A stretch of 63,808 nucleotides of DNA, filler included, from Octopus bimaculoides (Eukaryota): the NCBI RefSeq assembly GCF_001194135.2. It is 4 parts of 3 records of this genome, joined end to end, with 100 filler letters (N's around TTAATTAATTAA, not from the genome) between each part and the next. Parts side by side here need not be neighbours in the genome. Positions count along the whole stretch, not along the records: positions 41,682 to 53,171 come from NC_069002.1; positions 53,272 to 63,808 come from NC_068985.1; 2 more parts are not named here. The stretch is one strand, 5' to 3'. Below the pieces are notes generated by a model. That model did not search any database. It was given only the letters and a program-made list of their open reading frames with translations, and was not told the DNA's origin. Of the stretch, positions 43,691 to 56,349 are shown in pieces. Both the position numbers and the translations under genes were made by a program. Position 1 is the first letter of the stretch. Each line of letters starts with the position of its first letter.

Positions 43691-44848
43691 GTACAACTTA
43701 TTGATTCTCTGCTTTAACACAATGTCCCAATTAAGTATTTCATCAATGTACTTCTCTCTTACAATACCTTCACAAACACTTAACACAACATCATTTCTAA
43801 AGTTGTTACAGTACATCAACAAATCCTAACAAATGTAAAATGCTAAGGGACAGACAATCCATGGCAGTGAACTGTATAACACGACCGGGATTTATTTTAT
43901 CGACACCAGAATGATACAACAAACGGTAGATACCTCCACAAGTTTTAAATTCAGATGATAAAGGGACGTAACTATATGCCTCAATACACACACAGTTCGA
44001 CATCTTACCGACTGTACTTGTGAACCGATCTATCGAGTAAGACCTGAAAATGCAATGTTATGTATACGCAGTGAAATAAATAAATTACAGTAAAGGATGA
44101 GAAACACTCTACGTTTCGGAGAATTGTCCTTTTTCAAAGAGAAAATATAGTATTAATAGCATAGTCGCAGAAGGACATAAAACAATGCGGCTATATATAA
44201 TATTTAACATTTCATAACAATGTCTAACTTCAGCAACACGGCCATGTGACTGAGTGGGGATGAAGATCAGTCGATTTAATTGAATATCAGTACATTGTTT
44301 GGTGTGTTATTACATAATCTTCGGAAGGATGAGTCGAAAAGTTTCAACACCGTATCAAAGCACACCACAAACACTTTCGCCACTCCCTGTATATAATAGA
44401 ATATATTAACACTCTTGAACACGAAGCTTTCGACTTGCGTCGTGGCACATCTATAACCTGTAGGATCTGCAGATTTTCCTTGATTTTTTTAGCATAGTCA
44501 GAAAGTCAGAAAACAACAGTGTATTTAAATAACATGTTTTTAAAGTACCACACCGCTGTGTGTATGTGTGTGTGCGTGTTTCTTTTTAACCAAAAGCAGT
44601 GTTGTGTGTTTATCACTGTTTTTAAATATTTTAGCAATCTTTCGAACTGTGTACATATAAGATGGCGGACATAGTGAGCCAAACAGCACTGGGGAAAAGT
44701 GAAACGGTAAATAAACAAACAGACGTTGATATTCGTCTACAATTGACATTGTGGATAATGCGTTCAAATTTTCTTTCAATTAGTAAACTGAAATATAATA
44801 ATTAGTAATGTATAACAAATGTATTTGAAACTTCTATATAAACAATAT

Positions 44849-44897
<49 letters not shown>

Positions 44898-45831
44898 NNN
44901 NNNNNNNNNNNNNNNNNNNNNNNNNNNNNNNNNNNNNNNNNNNNNNNNNNNNNNNNNNNNNNNNNNNNNNNNNNNNNNNNNNNNNNNNNNNNNNNNNNNN
45001 NNNNNNNNNNNNNNNNNNNNNNNNNNNNNNNNNNNNNNNNNNNNNNNNNNNNNNNNNNNNNNNNNNNNNNNNNNNNNNNNNNNNNNNNNNNNNNNNNNNN
45101 NNNNNNNNNNNNNNNNNNNNNNNNNNNNNNNNNNNNNNNNNNNNNNNNNNNNNNNNNNNNNNNNNNNNNNNNNNNNNNNNNNNNNNNNNNNNNNNNNNNN
45201 NNNNNNNNNNNNNNNNNNNNNNNNNNNNNNNNNNNNNNNNNNNNNNNNNNNNNNNNNNNNNNNNNNNNNNNNNNNNNNNNNNNNNNNNNNNNNNNNNNNN
45301 NNNNNNNNNNNNNNNNNNNNNNNNNNNNNNNNNNNNNNNNNNNNNNNNNNNNNNNNNNNNNNNNNNNNNNNNNNNNNNNNNNNNNNNNNNNNNNNNNNNN
45401 NNNNNNNNNNNNNNNNNNNNNNNNNNNNNNNNNNNNNNNNNNNNNNNNNNNNNNNNNNNNNNNNNNNNNNNNNNNNNNNNNNNNNNNNNNNNNNNNNNNN
45501 NNNNNNNNNNNNNNNNNNNNNNNNNNNNNNNNNNNNNNNNNNNNNNNNNNNNNNNNNNNNNNNNNNNNNNNNNNNNNNNNNNNNNNNNNNNNNNNNNNNN
45601 NNNNNNNNNNNNNNNNNNNNNNNNNNNNNNNNNNNNNNNNNNNNNNNNNNNNNNNNNNNNNNNNNNNNNNNNNNNNNNNNNNNNNNNNNNNNNNNNNNNN
45701 NNNNNNNNNNNNNNNNNNNNNNNNNNNNNNNNNNNNATATATATATGTATGTTTGTATATATATTCGTATATATATAGTTATGTTCATACACATGCATTT
45801 ATATACTTATATACATATACATGCATAGATA

Positions 45832-45879
<48 letters not shown>

Positions 45880-46132
45880 TATGAGTGCGTGTATATCTGT
45901 CTGTTTGTAAAATACAATTATTACATTACATATCATACCATTTAGGTGCAATATCGTAGGATATCAACAATATGATACAATAATGTGTTGCATAATGAAG
46001 TGATAAAACGAAACAATACAGAAATGTAAAGAAAACGTCCAATGCAATATAACAAGGCAAAATGCAAGAGCAATATGATTTTGATATCAGAGAGAGAGAA
46101 TATAACAAGGATATTGAATACATGAGGTGAGA

Positions 46133-46138
46133 ACTTAC
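46133..46138 (-). other. 5' splice donor GTAAGT ending the Msx-like exon 1
   Basis: Plus-strand acttac equals the perfect GTAAGT consensus. It lies at the switch from GC-rich coding-like sequence to AT-rich sequence. Confidence 0.75.
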
Positions 46139-47158
46139 GTGGTTGCGGTGAAACAGTTGAGGATGAAAGCCATGGAAAAGAGGCTGATGTACAAGCGGAC
46201 ACGGGCCACCTCGCATCATGATGGTGATGCTGGGGTAAAAAATGTGAAACTGTCGCTGATGCAGCGGCGTCCGAAGGGTGGTTATATCGCAGAACATTGC
46301 TACTCGGCTTGCTTAGAATCCCAGCCACACTAAACGAGTGGACAGACGAGGCGGACGACGGAGAGGACGAAGAGTGGGGCGAACCCGCAGTCGCCGTCAC
46401 GGCACCCGGACCACCCACACAACTGTCCTCGGCCAACAGCCTGTTATTAGTAGTAGTAGTACTATTGTTATTGTTGTTATTGGTTGTGTTTGTGGTGGTG
46501 GTTGTGGTGGTGGGTGAACTGTTGTTGAGAGCAGCGACGTGTTTTGAGATGCTGTTCTGTTCGTCGTTGTGGAGGTCTTCATCAAGTCCACTAGTAAAGT
46601 GATGGCTGTTTTTATTGTTGTTGTTGTTGTTGTTACTATTGTTGTTGTGTAAGTGATGGTGGTGGTGGTGGTGGTGGTGATGGTGGTTATGAAGGTGTTG
46701 AGAATGACTGTTGAAGTTGCTGTTACTGTTTGCGTTGTTGTTGTGATGGTGGTGGTGGTGGAGTAGGTGGTGGTGTCCTTTGTTGTTATTGTTGTTGTTG
46801 TGATTGCTGCCAATATGGCTGCTGTTGTTATCCGACGTGGCGATGATCGAATCGACGCTAAAGCGTATCGATTCCTTGCCCGGCGGTGGCAGCGGACTTT
46901 GATGAATGGCCACATAGGAAATTGAACCCGGCACCGGAACCACCGGTAAGGGCGCCATTGGCGTCGGCGTCGATGTCGGCGACGAATCCGGTGACATTGA
47001 CGAATCAGCAACAGATGAGGCCGACGACGAAATCGAACTCGTATCGCCGATGTTCACATCAATCATTGTCGGACTACTGCTGTTGATGTTGTTATTGTTG
47101 TTGTTGCTAAGGTAGAGTTCCGAAGACGATGACAACGACGACGAAGATGGCGTCATCA

Positions 47159-47194
<36 letters not shown>

Positions 47195-47756
47195 TAGCTT
47201 TGTTATTGTTGTTGTTGTTATTATTACTGTTATTACTGCTACCACTAACATTACTACAGCTACTACTACTACTATTACTACTACTACAACCGCCACCGAT
47301 CGTAGTCGAACCATTCACAAGCACACCACTGCAAACAATACCACCACTACCGCCGCCACCACTACTACTACTACTACTATTACTACTATTGCTGCTACAA
47401 CTACCACCACCACTACCACTGCTACTACTATTTCCACAACCACTACTACCACCAACACCGCCACCGCCACCACTACCGCCACTGACACTACCACCACCAC
47501 CACCAGTACCACTTCCACTACAGCCGACGTCAATATGAGCGACCAGTAGTGGTGACCCGGTTGCCGAGGTTAAGGACGAACCCGTAACCATTCTCTTTGT
47601 ACTGTTGGCATCGTTCTGTTGTTGTTGTAAGTGGTGGTGATGGTGGTGGCTGTTGCTATTGTTGTTGTTGTTGGTATTGTTGTTGTTGTTAGCAAAGGAA
47701 CTGGTCGGTTTGCTAAACGCCGATGTATTGCTTGTTGATAACGTCGTTTTCAACAT
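46139..47756 (-). CDS. Msx: First coding exon (539 codons + 1 nt) of an NK-class homeobox transcription factor, most likely Msx; homeobox exon not visible in window
   Basis: Frame stays open across about 1.6 kb of trinucleotide repeats. ATG at 47756 is the first ATG after an in-frame TAA (47811-47813). Motifs in order: SAFSKP (47706-47723), eh1-like FSVDSII (46842-46862), eh1-like FSVAGIL (46314-46334), FPWL (46167-46178), SPQP, then donor C|GTAAGT in phase 1. This parallels vertebrate Msx1 exon 1 (SAFAKP...FSVEALM...FSVGGLL...PWMQSPRFSPPP, then intron). The ORF-track extension to 45942 is AT-rich intron read-through. Family assignment rests on short motifs only. Confidence 0.72.
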
Positions 47757-47859
47757 ATTGTTATAAATATGACAGACTGTTTCCTGATATTTTTCTTCTT
47801 CAGTGGGGGGTTATGTGAAATTGAGGGTTTGTGCGTGTGTATATAAATTTGTCAGTGTG

Positions 47860-48100
47860 TTTTCAACCCCAGGTCAGCCCTGATCGTGCAGACCTATGGT
47901 CAGAAGGCATTCCAGCCTTGACCATCATGATTTGTATTTATGTATAAGCGACTAGACTACATTATTTAATCTCTTTCGTTTAGAGGTTGTTGCTTTTGGG
48001 GGTTTATTTTTTTTGGGGGGGGGGGTTTCTAGATAGTAGGATGTGATATAGGGAAAAATTTGGTTGCTGCTTTTAGCAGCTCAGCCGGCCACGTAGCAGG
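47860..48100. repeat. Dispersed uncharacterised repeat, family D
   Basis: caggtcagccctgatcgtgcagacctatggtcagaaggcattccagccttgaccatc...atttggttgctgcttttagcag. Related segments at about 21255-21340, 33420-33550, 51590-51790, 56370-56470(rc), 58220-58290(rc) and 62650-62700(rc). Confidence 0.6.
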
Positions 48101-49132
48101 CTGGTTCCCTCGCTGATTTGAATATTAGGGTCAAAACAGAAGCCCTACAAACACCTACTGTTCTCCCTATTTTTATATGTGAAAATGTTGCTTATCAATT
48201 GAACAAGAAACATCGTCAGTGTCCGATATATATGTATATATATATATATATGTATATATATANNNNNNNNNNNNNNNNNNNNNNNNNNNNNNNNNNNNNN
48301 NNNNNNNNNNNNNNNNNNNNNNNNNNNNNNNNNNNNNNNNNNNNNNNNNNNNNNNNNNNNNNNNNNNNNNNNNNNNNNNNNNNNNNNNNNNNNNNNNNNN
48401 NNNNNNNNNNNNNNNNNNNNNNNNNNNNNNNNNNNNNNNNNNNNNNNNNNNNNNNNNNNNNNNNNNNNNNNNNNNNNNNNNNNNNNNNNNNNNNNNNNNN
48501 NNNNNNNNNNNNNNNNNNNNNNNNNNNNNNNNNNNNNNNNNNNNNNNNNNNNNNNNNNNNNNNNNNNNNNNNNNNNNNNNNNNNNNNNNNNNNNNNNNNN
48601 NNNNNNNNNNNNNNNNNNNNNNNNNNNNNNNNNNNNNNNNNNNNNNNNNNNNNNNNNNNNNNNNNNNNNNNNNNNNNNNNNNNNNNNNNNNNNNNNNNNN
48701 NNNNNNNNNNNNNNNNNNNNNNNNNNNNNNNNATATATATATATATATACTTTTTTTTTTTTTGGTCTTCAGGTCAAAGAAAGAAACAGAATAATATTCC
48801 TTGTAAGAATACACTGGTGTGAAATCCTTAGAATTAGGTCGTTTTGGAAAATAACTTTTCTTTTGATCTTTGCTTTTGTTTTTATTTCTGTCCGTCACTT
48901 TCCTGGCTTTTTGGATGTTTTATACATATAGAGAGAGAGAGACATATATATAGAATTTTTTTTTTTCTTCGGATTATTTCTCTTTCAGTTTTGCTATCAT
49001 TTGGTACCACTTAGTATTGTGTTCGTGTTTGTGTCGTTGCCATTCCATCAATATAAACAATTCCAAGATCATAGCAGATATTCCAGAATTTTTTCAAAAG
49101 GCAAATGAATATAAAATACTTGTTGTTGAAGC

Positions 49133-49205
<73 letters not shown>

Positions 49206-50329
49206 GGTTTTTATAATTTCAGCAGAGAGTAAAAATAAAAGTATTGAGAGCGGAGAAAAGATATATTAGTCGGTTATATCGGTACCCTCCGTAAATAGCT
49301 GGTATGTATTGTATTGAACCCGGAAGTTGAATAATAAGCAACAACAATAAAAATGGAACTAAATTATATTGGTGTTAAATTCATTTTAAAAAATCATTTG
49401 TCTCCAGAATGAAAACAAGACAACGATTTCATTGAAAATTTAAGGCTCCGAGAGCCTTTAGAAAACAAAATCAACATCATCTGTTTACCATTATCTTTAG
49501 TATTAATTATTATTATTAATCAATATTATCGTCATCATTAATTGTTGTTATTATCTTGTCGTTGTGTCAAATTTCTTTTCGGCATTTTTTAAAAATTACG
49601 CGTGCATACATATGTGACGTTTGCATCAAGGATATATATATATATATATATAATTATATATACATATATATATTCATATATATAATATACATATAATATA
49701 CATTTCTTAGGAAGAAAGATAGAATTTAGTTTTGTGACCGTAAACGTACGGTCATTATAAACGTATATGTTTCAATTATATGTAATATATAATATATATT
49801 TTCTTTACCTCTTTACATTTAAAAAAAAACTTTTTCTCTTCTTTTTTTTTTATCGTGTTCCCTTTTCTTTTTGATGATATCTGTCGTAGGGTTTGGTTAA
49901 TCCTTTAAAATGGTAAATAAAAAACCAAGTGATTCAGGAGTGATTATATTCATATTCACGGATTGGTAGAAATTATCATTTTTTTTTTTTTTTTCATACA
50001 GCAAATATTGTGAATAGAGAAAAGAGAAAAAAAAAATCTGCGACAGACAGACAGAAAAGAAAAAATGATAGAAAGAAAGAAGGAGGGAACGACGACAACA
50101 ATGATAATTTCCGAGATCAAATCCAGCTGTGTTCTTTCGTACTTCCCGCACACAGAGAAAAAGATCGACAGGAGATCGATAAAATCAAATCAACGACAGG
50201 AAAAAAATAATAATATTGATGTAATAAGACGTTGATCATAAAACAAAATTCTCCTTAAATTTTCTGCGGTCGTTTTTTTTTTCTTTAAGAAATCGCGTTT
50301 TTCCGGCAATAGAAATTATGCATCATAGC

Positions 50330-51021
50330 GCTTGTTGTTATTGTTGTTGTTGAAACAGTAGTAGTTGTAGTAGTAGTCAATGTTGACATCAATAATTAAT
50401 TAATGACGTTGCTGTTGTTGTTGTTGTTGCTGGTCGTGGTGGTAGTGGCGGTGGCGGTTAGGATTGCGAGGTCGTTGTGGTTTTGTTCGTGTTAATATTC
50501 CCTCCGTGTTTTTGTTGATAATGTTTGTAGTGGCGGTCGATTTTTACGTCCTCTTCTGCTGAAATCAAAAGCAAATTACTACTTTTGTTGTTATTGTTGT
50601 TGTTGTAGTAATAGTAGTAGTAATAGTAGTAGTAGCAGTAGTAGTAGTAGTAATAATAATAATAATAATAATAATAATGATGATAATAATAATAGTTGTA
50701 ATGATAGTAGTAGTTGTTCTTGTTTGTTTTTTTTTTATAGTGTTATTTTCTCCTGTGAATGTTTGGAACTGCTGCTGCTGTTGTTGTTACTGTTAACTAT
50801 TGCTGCTGCTACTACCACTACTACTGCTGTCGTTGCTGCTGCTGCTGTTCTCACGGCTGCTGCTGCTGCTGCTGCTGCTGTCAAAAGCAACAATTCCACA
50901 ACAATTTACTAACAAGCCAAAACAAATAATCAACTACAGACGTATCAATATCGGAATGATATCGATACAGCACGCATCCAAAAGAACAACAACAACAACA
51001 ACAGCAACAAACACAACAATT

Positions 51022-51056
<35 letters not shown>

Positions 51057-51487
51057 ATCGAAAAAAAAAAATGGCAGCAAATTCGAAACAGTTTTTCCTC
51101 GGCCAAGATGTCTTCTTTCTTCAATGTGTTGAAACTGTGGTCTGGGTAAGTATTGCAGTGGTTGTGATGTGTTGGTGGTAGTGCCGACGATGCGGTGTAG
51201 TGCGGTGGAAGCGGTGGCTTACTTGCTGCTACTACTACTACAGCTATTACTACTACTACTACCACTACTGCTGCTGCTGCTGCTGCTGCTACTACCACTG
51301 CCACTGCTGCAGGCGGTGGCGGTGCTGCTGGTGTGAAAGTAGCGCGAGCGCGATGGCGCTACTGCTGCTGGTTACGGTGTGTCAGCGATGTTGTTGGTAA
51401 TGATGGTGGTGGTGATGGCGATGATGGTAGTAGTGGTAGTAGTCGTGATGGTGGTGGCGATGGCAATGTTGTAGTAGGAGCTGCTTC

Positions 51488-51539
<52 letters not shown>

Positions 51540-51560
51540 CGTCGTCGTCGTCGTCGTCGT
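50330..51560. repeat. Mosaic of trinucleotide repeats (GTT, GTA, ATA, GCT, ACA, CGA, CTA, GGT, CGT), CpG-rich
   Basis: Direct reading. Lies 2.6-3.8 kb upstream of the Msx-like ATG and has no long ORF. Confidence 0.85.
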
Positions 51561-52930
51561 AACGCTATTTTTGTGTTTTTCTTGATATTATTATTCAGCC
51601 CCGTCTTCAACCCGGATTGAGTAGACTTTATAATCAAAGCTTTTCCAACCGTGACCATCCCATCTCTTTCTTTTCGAGGACATACGTTTCCGCCGCCCCT
51701 TTCCTATTTATTTCTTTTTAAGATAGTTTAAGACGATGAGATGAAAAGAACGGAATTTCGCTGCTATTTCTAGCGGGTCTATGTAACCTCGTAAAGNNNN
51801 NNNNNNNNNNNNNNNNNNNNNNNNNNNNNNNNNNNNNNNNNNNNNNNNNNNNNNNNNNNNNNNNNNNNNNNNNNNNNNNNNNNNNNNNNNNNNNNNNNNN
51901 NNNNNNNNNNNNNNNNNNNNNNNNNNNNNNNNNNNNNNNNNNNNNNNNNNNNNNNNNNNNNNNNNNNNNNNNNNNNNNNNNNNNNNNNNNNNNNNNNNNN
52001 NNNNNNNNNNNNNNNNNNNNNNNNNNNNNNNNNNNNNNNNNNNNNNNNNNNNNNNNNNNNNNNNNNNNNNNNNNNNNNNNNNNNNNNNNNNNNNNNNNNN
52101 NNNNNNNNNTATATATATATATATATATATGTGCGTGTGTGCGTTTGTGAATTGTGTGTGTATATTATTTATACGTGTTTATGTTTACATATGCGTTTGT
52201 ATGGAAGTACGTTCATAACCGATGCTGGTGTGGTTACGTCCCCGTAACCTAACGGTTGGGCAAAGTGACCGATAGAATAAGTACTTAGCTTACAAAGAAT
52301 AAGTCCTGGGGTCGGTTTACTCGACTAAAGGCGGTGCTCCAGCATAGCCGCAGTCAAATGACTGAAACAAGTAAAAGAATATATATATATATATAAATTC
52401 AGTTAATATTATGTTTATAAATATACGAATGTGTGTGTGTGTGTGTGTATGGATATGAGTGTATCTGTGTGAATGTATGTATAAGTACATTCAAATAGTA
52501 TATGTGAGTGAGTACGGAGTGTGTATTGATTAAAAAAGAACACAACAAAGTACAAAATCACAGTCCTAGATTCCAGAATTAATAATAAAAAATAACTACC
52601 GCATTTCTTCAGCATTTGCTGTTTGCCGTTGTACGGGCGTTTGGGGATGAAACGGCTGAGCATTTGGTTGGGTGTAGGTATGTGTTAGGGGTCACACGTT
52701 GAAAGGAGTAGGTAATGTGATAGGGTTTGTTATTGTCCAAAGTTTATTATACATGCAGCCCTGGGAAGTCTCCGTTTTTTATGGAATTTTTCGTTGTTAA
52801 AATTTATATTGTAATCGTTTCTAACTGTTTTGCACACTTCTATGTATGTGACCCCTACATTATATCCTCTTGTAGCGTCCCCAATTTTTTTTTTTTTTTG
52901 TGAACCCTTAGTGGGGCACATAGAAAACAT

Positions 52931-53140
52931 AAGCAGGTAGAAATGTTAGCACGCCGGGCGAAATGCTTAGCGGTATTTCGCCCGTCGCTACATTCTAATT
53001 TCAAATTCCGCCGAGGTCGACTTTGCTTTCATCCTTTTGGAGTTGATAAATTAAGTACCAGTGAAACACTGGGGTCGATGTAGTCGACTTAATCCTCTCC
53101 CCCAAGTTGCCCTTGTGGCAAAAATTTGAAATCATGATTA
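52931..53140 (+). mobile_element. tRNA-headed SINE, family A
   Basis: gttagcacgccgggcgaaatgcttagcggtatttcg...aaattccgccgaggtcgactttgc is shared with the other family A copies. Confidence 0.8.
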
Positions 53141-53171
53141 TTATCATTGTGAGCTGCCAAGGCGCACGAGC

Positions 53172-53271
53172 NNNNNNNNNNNNNNNNNNNNNNNNNNNNN
53201 NNNNNNNNNNNNNNNTTAATTAATTAANNNNNNNNNNNNNNNNNNNNNNNNNNNNNNNNNNNNNNNNNNNN
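53172..53271. other. Artificial 100-bp scaffolding linker N44-TTAATTAATTAA-N44
   Basis: Identical layout, 12-mer at 53216-53227. Confidence 0.95.
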
Positions 53272-53617
53272 TGCGAACACATTTCTCTCCTACAACATCA
53301 CTATTCTCTCTCCTACACTGTCTTGCAACACGAAATACCTCGAGTCTTTGGTCCTCACGGCGCAGAACATTGGCAAATATTTCCTGATCTGCTTCCCCTC
53401 TGGCTAAATAAACCTGTCGCCTAGCCTCCCTTCTGGCACATTGGTACAATTCCCTGCTACCACCGTTCTTCCAGTCCTTCCAAGCCTGTTTCTTTTGTCT
53501 AATAGCCCTGTCTACCTCCTTGTTCCACCACCACGTTACTCTGGGTTGGGAGGGGACCTTACACCACCCACAAATCTGGTCGGTGGCTTTCAACAGGTTG
53601 TCCCGCAGAAATCTCCA
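53272..53617 (-). mobile_element. RTE-clade LINE ORF fragment (region between endonuclease and RT)
   Basis: RDNLLKATDQICGWCKVPSQPRVTWWWNKEVDRAIRQKKQAWKDWK...YQCARREARRQVYLAR...VFRVARQ...DVVGEKCVR. The WWWN-V--AI--KK motif is typical of RTE ORFs. Cut by the gap at 53271. Confidence 0.75.
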
Positions 53618-54028
53618 ATATATATATATATTTCCTTGTGTTCCATTCTGTTGAAGAGCATAGGCTTGAAACAAAAGATTTTCTCATCTTCCTGAGCGTT
53701 AAAGTGTTAAACTAAAACACCTGTTTGTTGTTTATAAACCTGTCTTCGTCTTTTGTTTTTCTGTACACTTCAAATATATATATATACATATATATATATG
53801 TATATGTTTGTGTGTCTGTGTTTGTACCCCACCACCATTGCTTGACAATCGATGTTGGTGTGGTCACATCCCCATAACTTAGCAGTTCAGCAAAAAGAGA
53901 CCGATAGAATAAGTACTAGGCTTACAAAGAATAAGTCCTGGGGTCGATTTGTTTGTCTAAAGGCAGTGCTCCAGCATGACCACAGTCAAATGACTGAAAC
54001 AAATCAAAGAATAAAAAAAAGAATATAT

Positions 54029-54418
54029 AGGCGCAGGAGTGACTATGTGGTAAGTAGCTTGCTTATTAACCACATGGTTCTGGGTTCAGTCGCACTGTGT
54101 GGCACCTTGGTCAAGTGGCTTCTACTATAGCCTCGAGCCCATCAAAGCCTTGTGAGTGGATTTGGTAGATGGAAAGTGAAAGAAGCCCATCATATACATG
54201 TATATAGACATGTATGTATGTGTATGTTTGTGTGTCTGTGTTTGTCCCTCCAACATCGCTTGACAACCGATGCTGGTGTGTTTATGTCCCCATAACTTAG
54301 TGGTTTGGCAAAAAAGACTGATAGAATAAGTCCTAGGGTCGATTTGCTTGACTAAAGGTGGTGCTCCAGTATGGCTGCAGTCAAATGACTGAAACAAGTA
54401 AAAGAATAAAAGAATATA
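54029..54418 (+). mobile_element. Bipartite tRNA-headed SINE, family B, with internal TA/TG microsatellite
   Basis: Head aggcgcaggagtgactatgtggtaag...gggttcagtc, body gcctcgagcc...gaaagaagccc, a microsatellite, then a 3' half ending gactgaaacaagtaaaagaata. An extra 3' half lies just upstream (about 53800-54025). Confidence 0.85.
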
Positions 54419-55469
54419 TATTAAAACAAAAGAAAATGCTTTGAAAACTTTCTTGTGAATAAATTGAAGAAAACATCTACTTTCTATGAAAATATGGTAC
54501 TGTTTTCAATTGTTTAAGACAATTTAGTCATGTAATAAGTAAAGAAAGAAATTGATTGAATTAAATCAAATTAATCTTTCATGATAGCTGTTTTGAAAGT
54601 TCTCATGTTTTTCTCATAAAATGCAGAGGATAGTGGTTATTGGTCTTCTGATGGTTGTTGGGTCATAATGGCAATGTTACCAGTTTTAGCAGTGGCAGTT
54701 GTCTTTGTTCCTTAATGACAATGTTGATATTTAAGAATGCCTTGTAATTGTGGGAGAAGTTGTTTGGTGGTGGTGTCAGTAGTAGTCGTAGTAGTAGCAG
54801 CAGCAGCTTTTCTAATAGTGATCTGTTCTCTCCCATTGTGGTCAAAGTGTTAAGAAGTTTTTGGTATTTCATTGTGAAAGTTGGTTCTTTGTTGATGTGT
54901 TGCTGTTGCAATATGCCACCAGTTAATTGATAGAAGGGGAAAGTAATATTTGGTAGCACATGTATCTATTTCTCTGTACTCTGGTATATGAAATAGTGAT
55001 TTATGCAGAGTCATGCATAGTATTAAGGATATCATAGTTTGGCCTATGTAGTTTTCTTTGCATCCTGCACATGTTATATAAATAAGGTTTTAAGATGCAA
55101 ATGTAAAGTTATTTTTCATTTTGAAGAATTTTCCTTGCTTAAAATGGATCTCTGATCTTTCTGAAAGATTTAACCCTTTAACCCTTTAATGTGCCAAATG
55201 TAATGCTTTGTTTTTTTGTTTTTTTCACATTGTTTTATGCATTATCCAGAAATTTAAAGATTTCAAGGATGTGATTGCTTTATTCTTAGAATGACATTAT
55301 AGAGTAAGTTGGAAAGGCTGTATCGGGTCAGTTTGATCATAAAACAGGTAGAATATTTGGGCCAGATATGGTCAGTTTATATGCCATAAGCATTAAACAT
55401 ATATCATATTCAAGTATGTATTCATTTTTATACAAAAGAAATGTTTACTGCTTCAGAAATAAACAAAAC

Positions 55470-55472
<3 letters not shown>

Positions 55473-55516
<44 letters not shown>

Positions 55517-55744
55517 AAAGATTGGTAGATACATACATATATACATACACACACAGACACACACATAGATACATACACACAGACACACACATGTACATAA
55601 ACACACACACACACCTAGACACACACACACATGTACATAAACACACACACACACCTAGACACACACACACACACACACGCCTAGACACACACACACACAC
55701 ACACACACCTAGACACACACACACGCGCCTAGACACACACACAC

Positions 55745-55796
<52 letters not shown>

Positions 55797-55797
55797 C
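55473..55797. repeat. (CA)n-derived compound satellite with recurring CCTAGA and CATGTACATAAA interruptions
   Basis: cctagacacac recurs four times with variable CA lengths. Confidence 0.9.
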
Positions 55798-56289
55798 ATG
55801 CATGCATGCACATATGCAAATGCTTAGAAAATTATTAGTATTACTAATTGAAATGTATAATGTCAAATTTTCTCCATTTAGAAACTTTTTTCCCTCTTTC
55901 CTTTGCCTCTCATTTAGTTTTCATTAATAATGAAATAATGAAGGTGTTAAATTCAATTTAATCTCTGAATGTGTGTTTAAGGCTTTAAATTTTAATTAGC
56001 TGAAAGGAGCATCAAAATTTATAAGTCACTGAGTTAGTATAATTTCAGTATTTGATAATATCATTTGGAGAAAATAATGAGAAAATCAAAAAATTGTTGT
56101 TGACGAAATATTCACAAAATATTGTTGATTTCAGAAACAATTTAATGATGCTCAAATGACAAGGAATTGTCAGAGAAATTTATTTTCATTTGGGGGAGAG
56201 AAGAGAAAAAGAAGAAGAAAAAAAACCATAAAGAAAATTCAAAATCTTGGTGTTAGACTACACTGCTAATACCATTCCTCTTACTACTG

Positions 56290-56349
<60 letters not shown>

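Noticed and set aside
45942-46138. C-terminal 65 codons of the 604-aa ORF (KFSPHVFNILVIF...)
   Set aside because: They begin at a perfect GTAAGT donor and are AT-rich, so this is intron read-through, not a transmembrane tail.
46127-47538. Overlapping alternative-frame and antisense ORFs inside the Msx-like exon
   Set aside because: These are shadows of a GC-rich, triplet-repeat coding region.
55560-55745. Regularly recurring CCTAGACACAC units resembling a repeat-spacer array
   Set aside because: The spacers are just CA repeats in a eukaryotic context with no cas genes, so this is not CRISPR.
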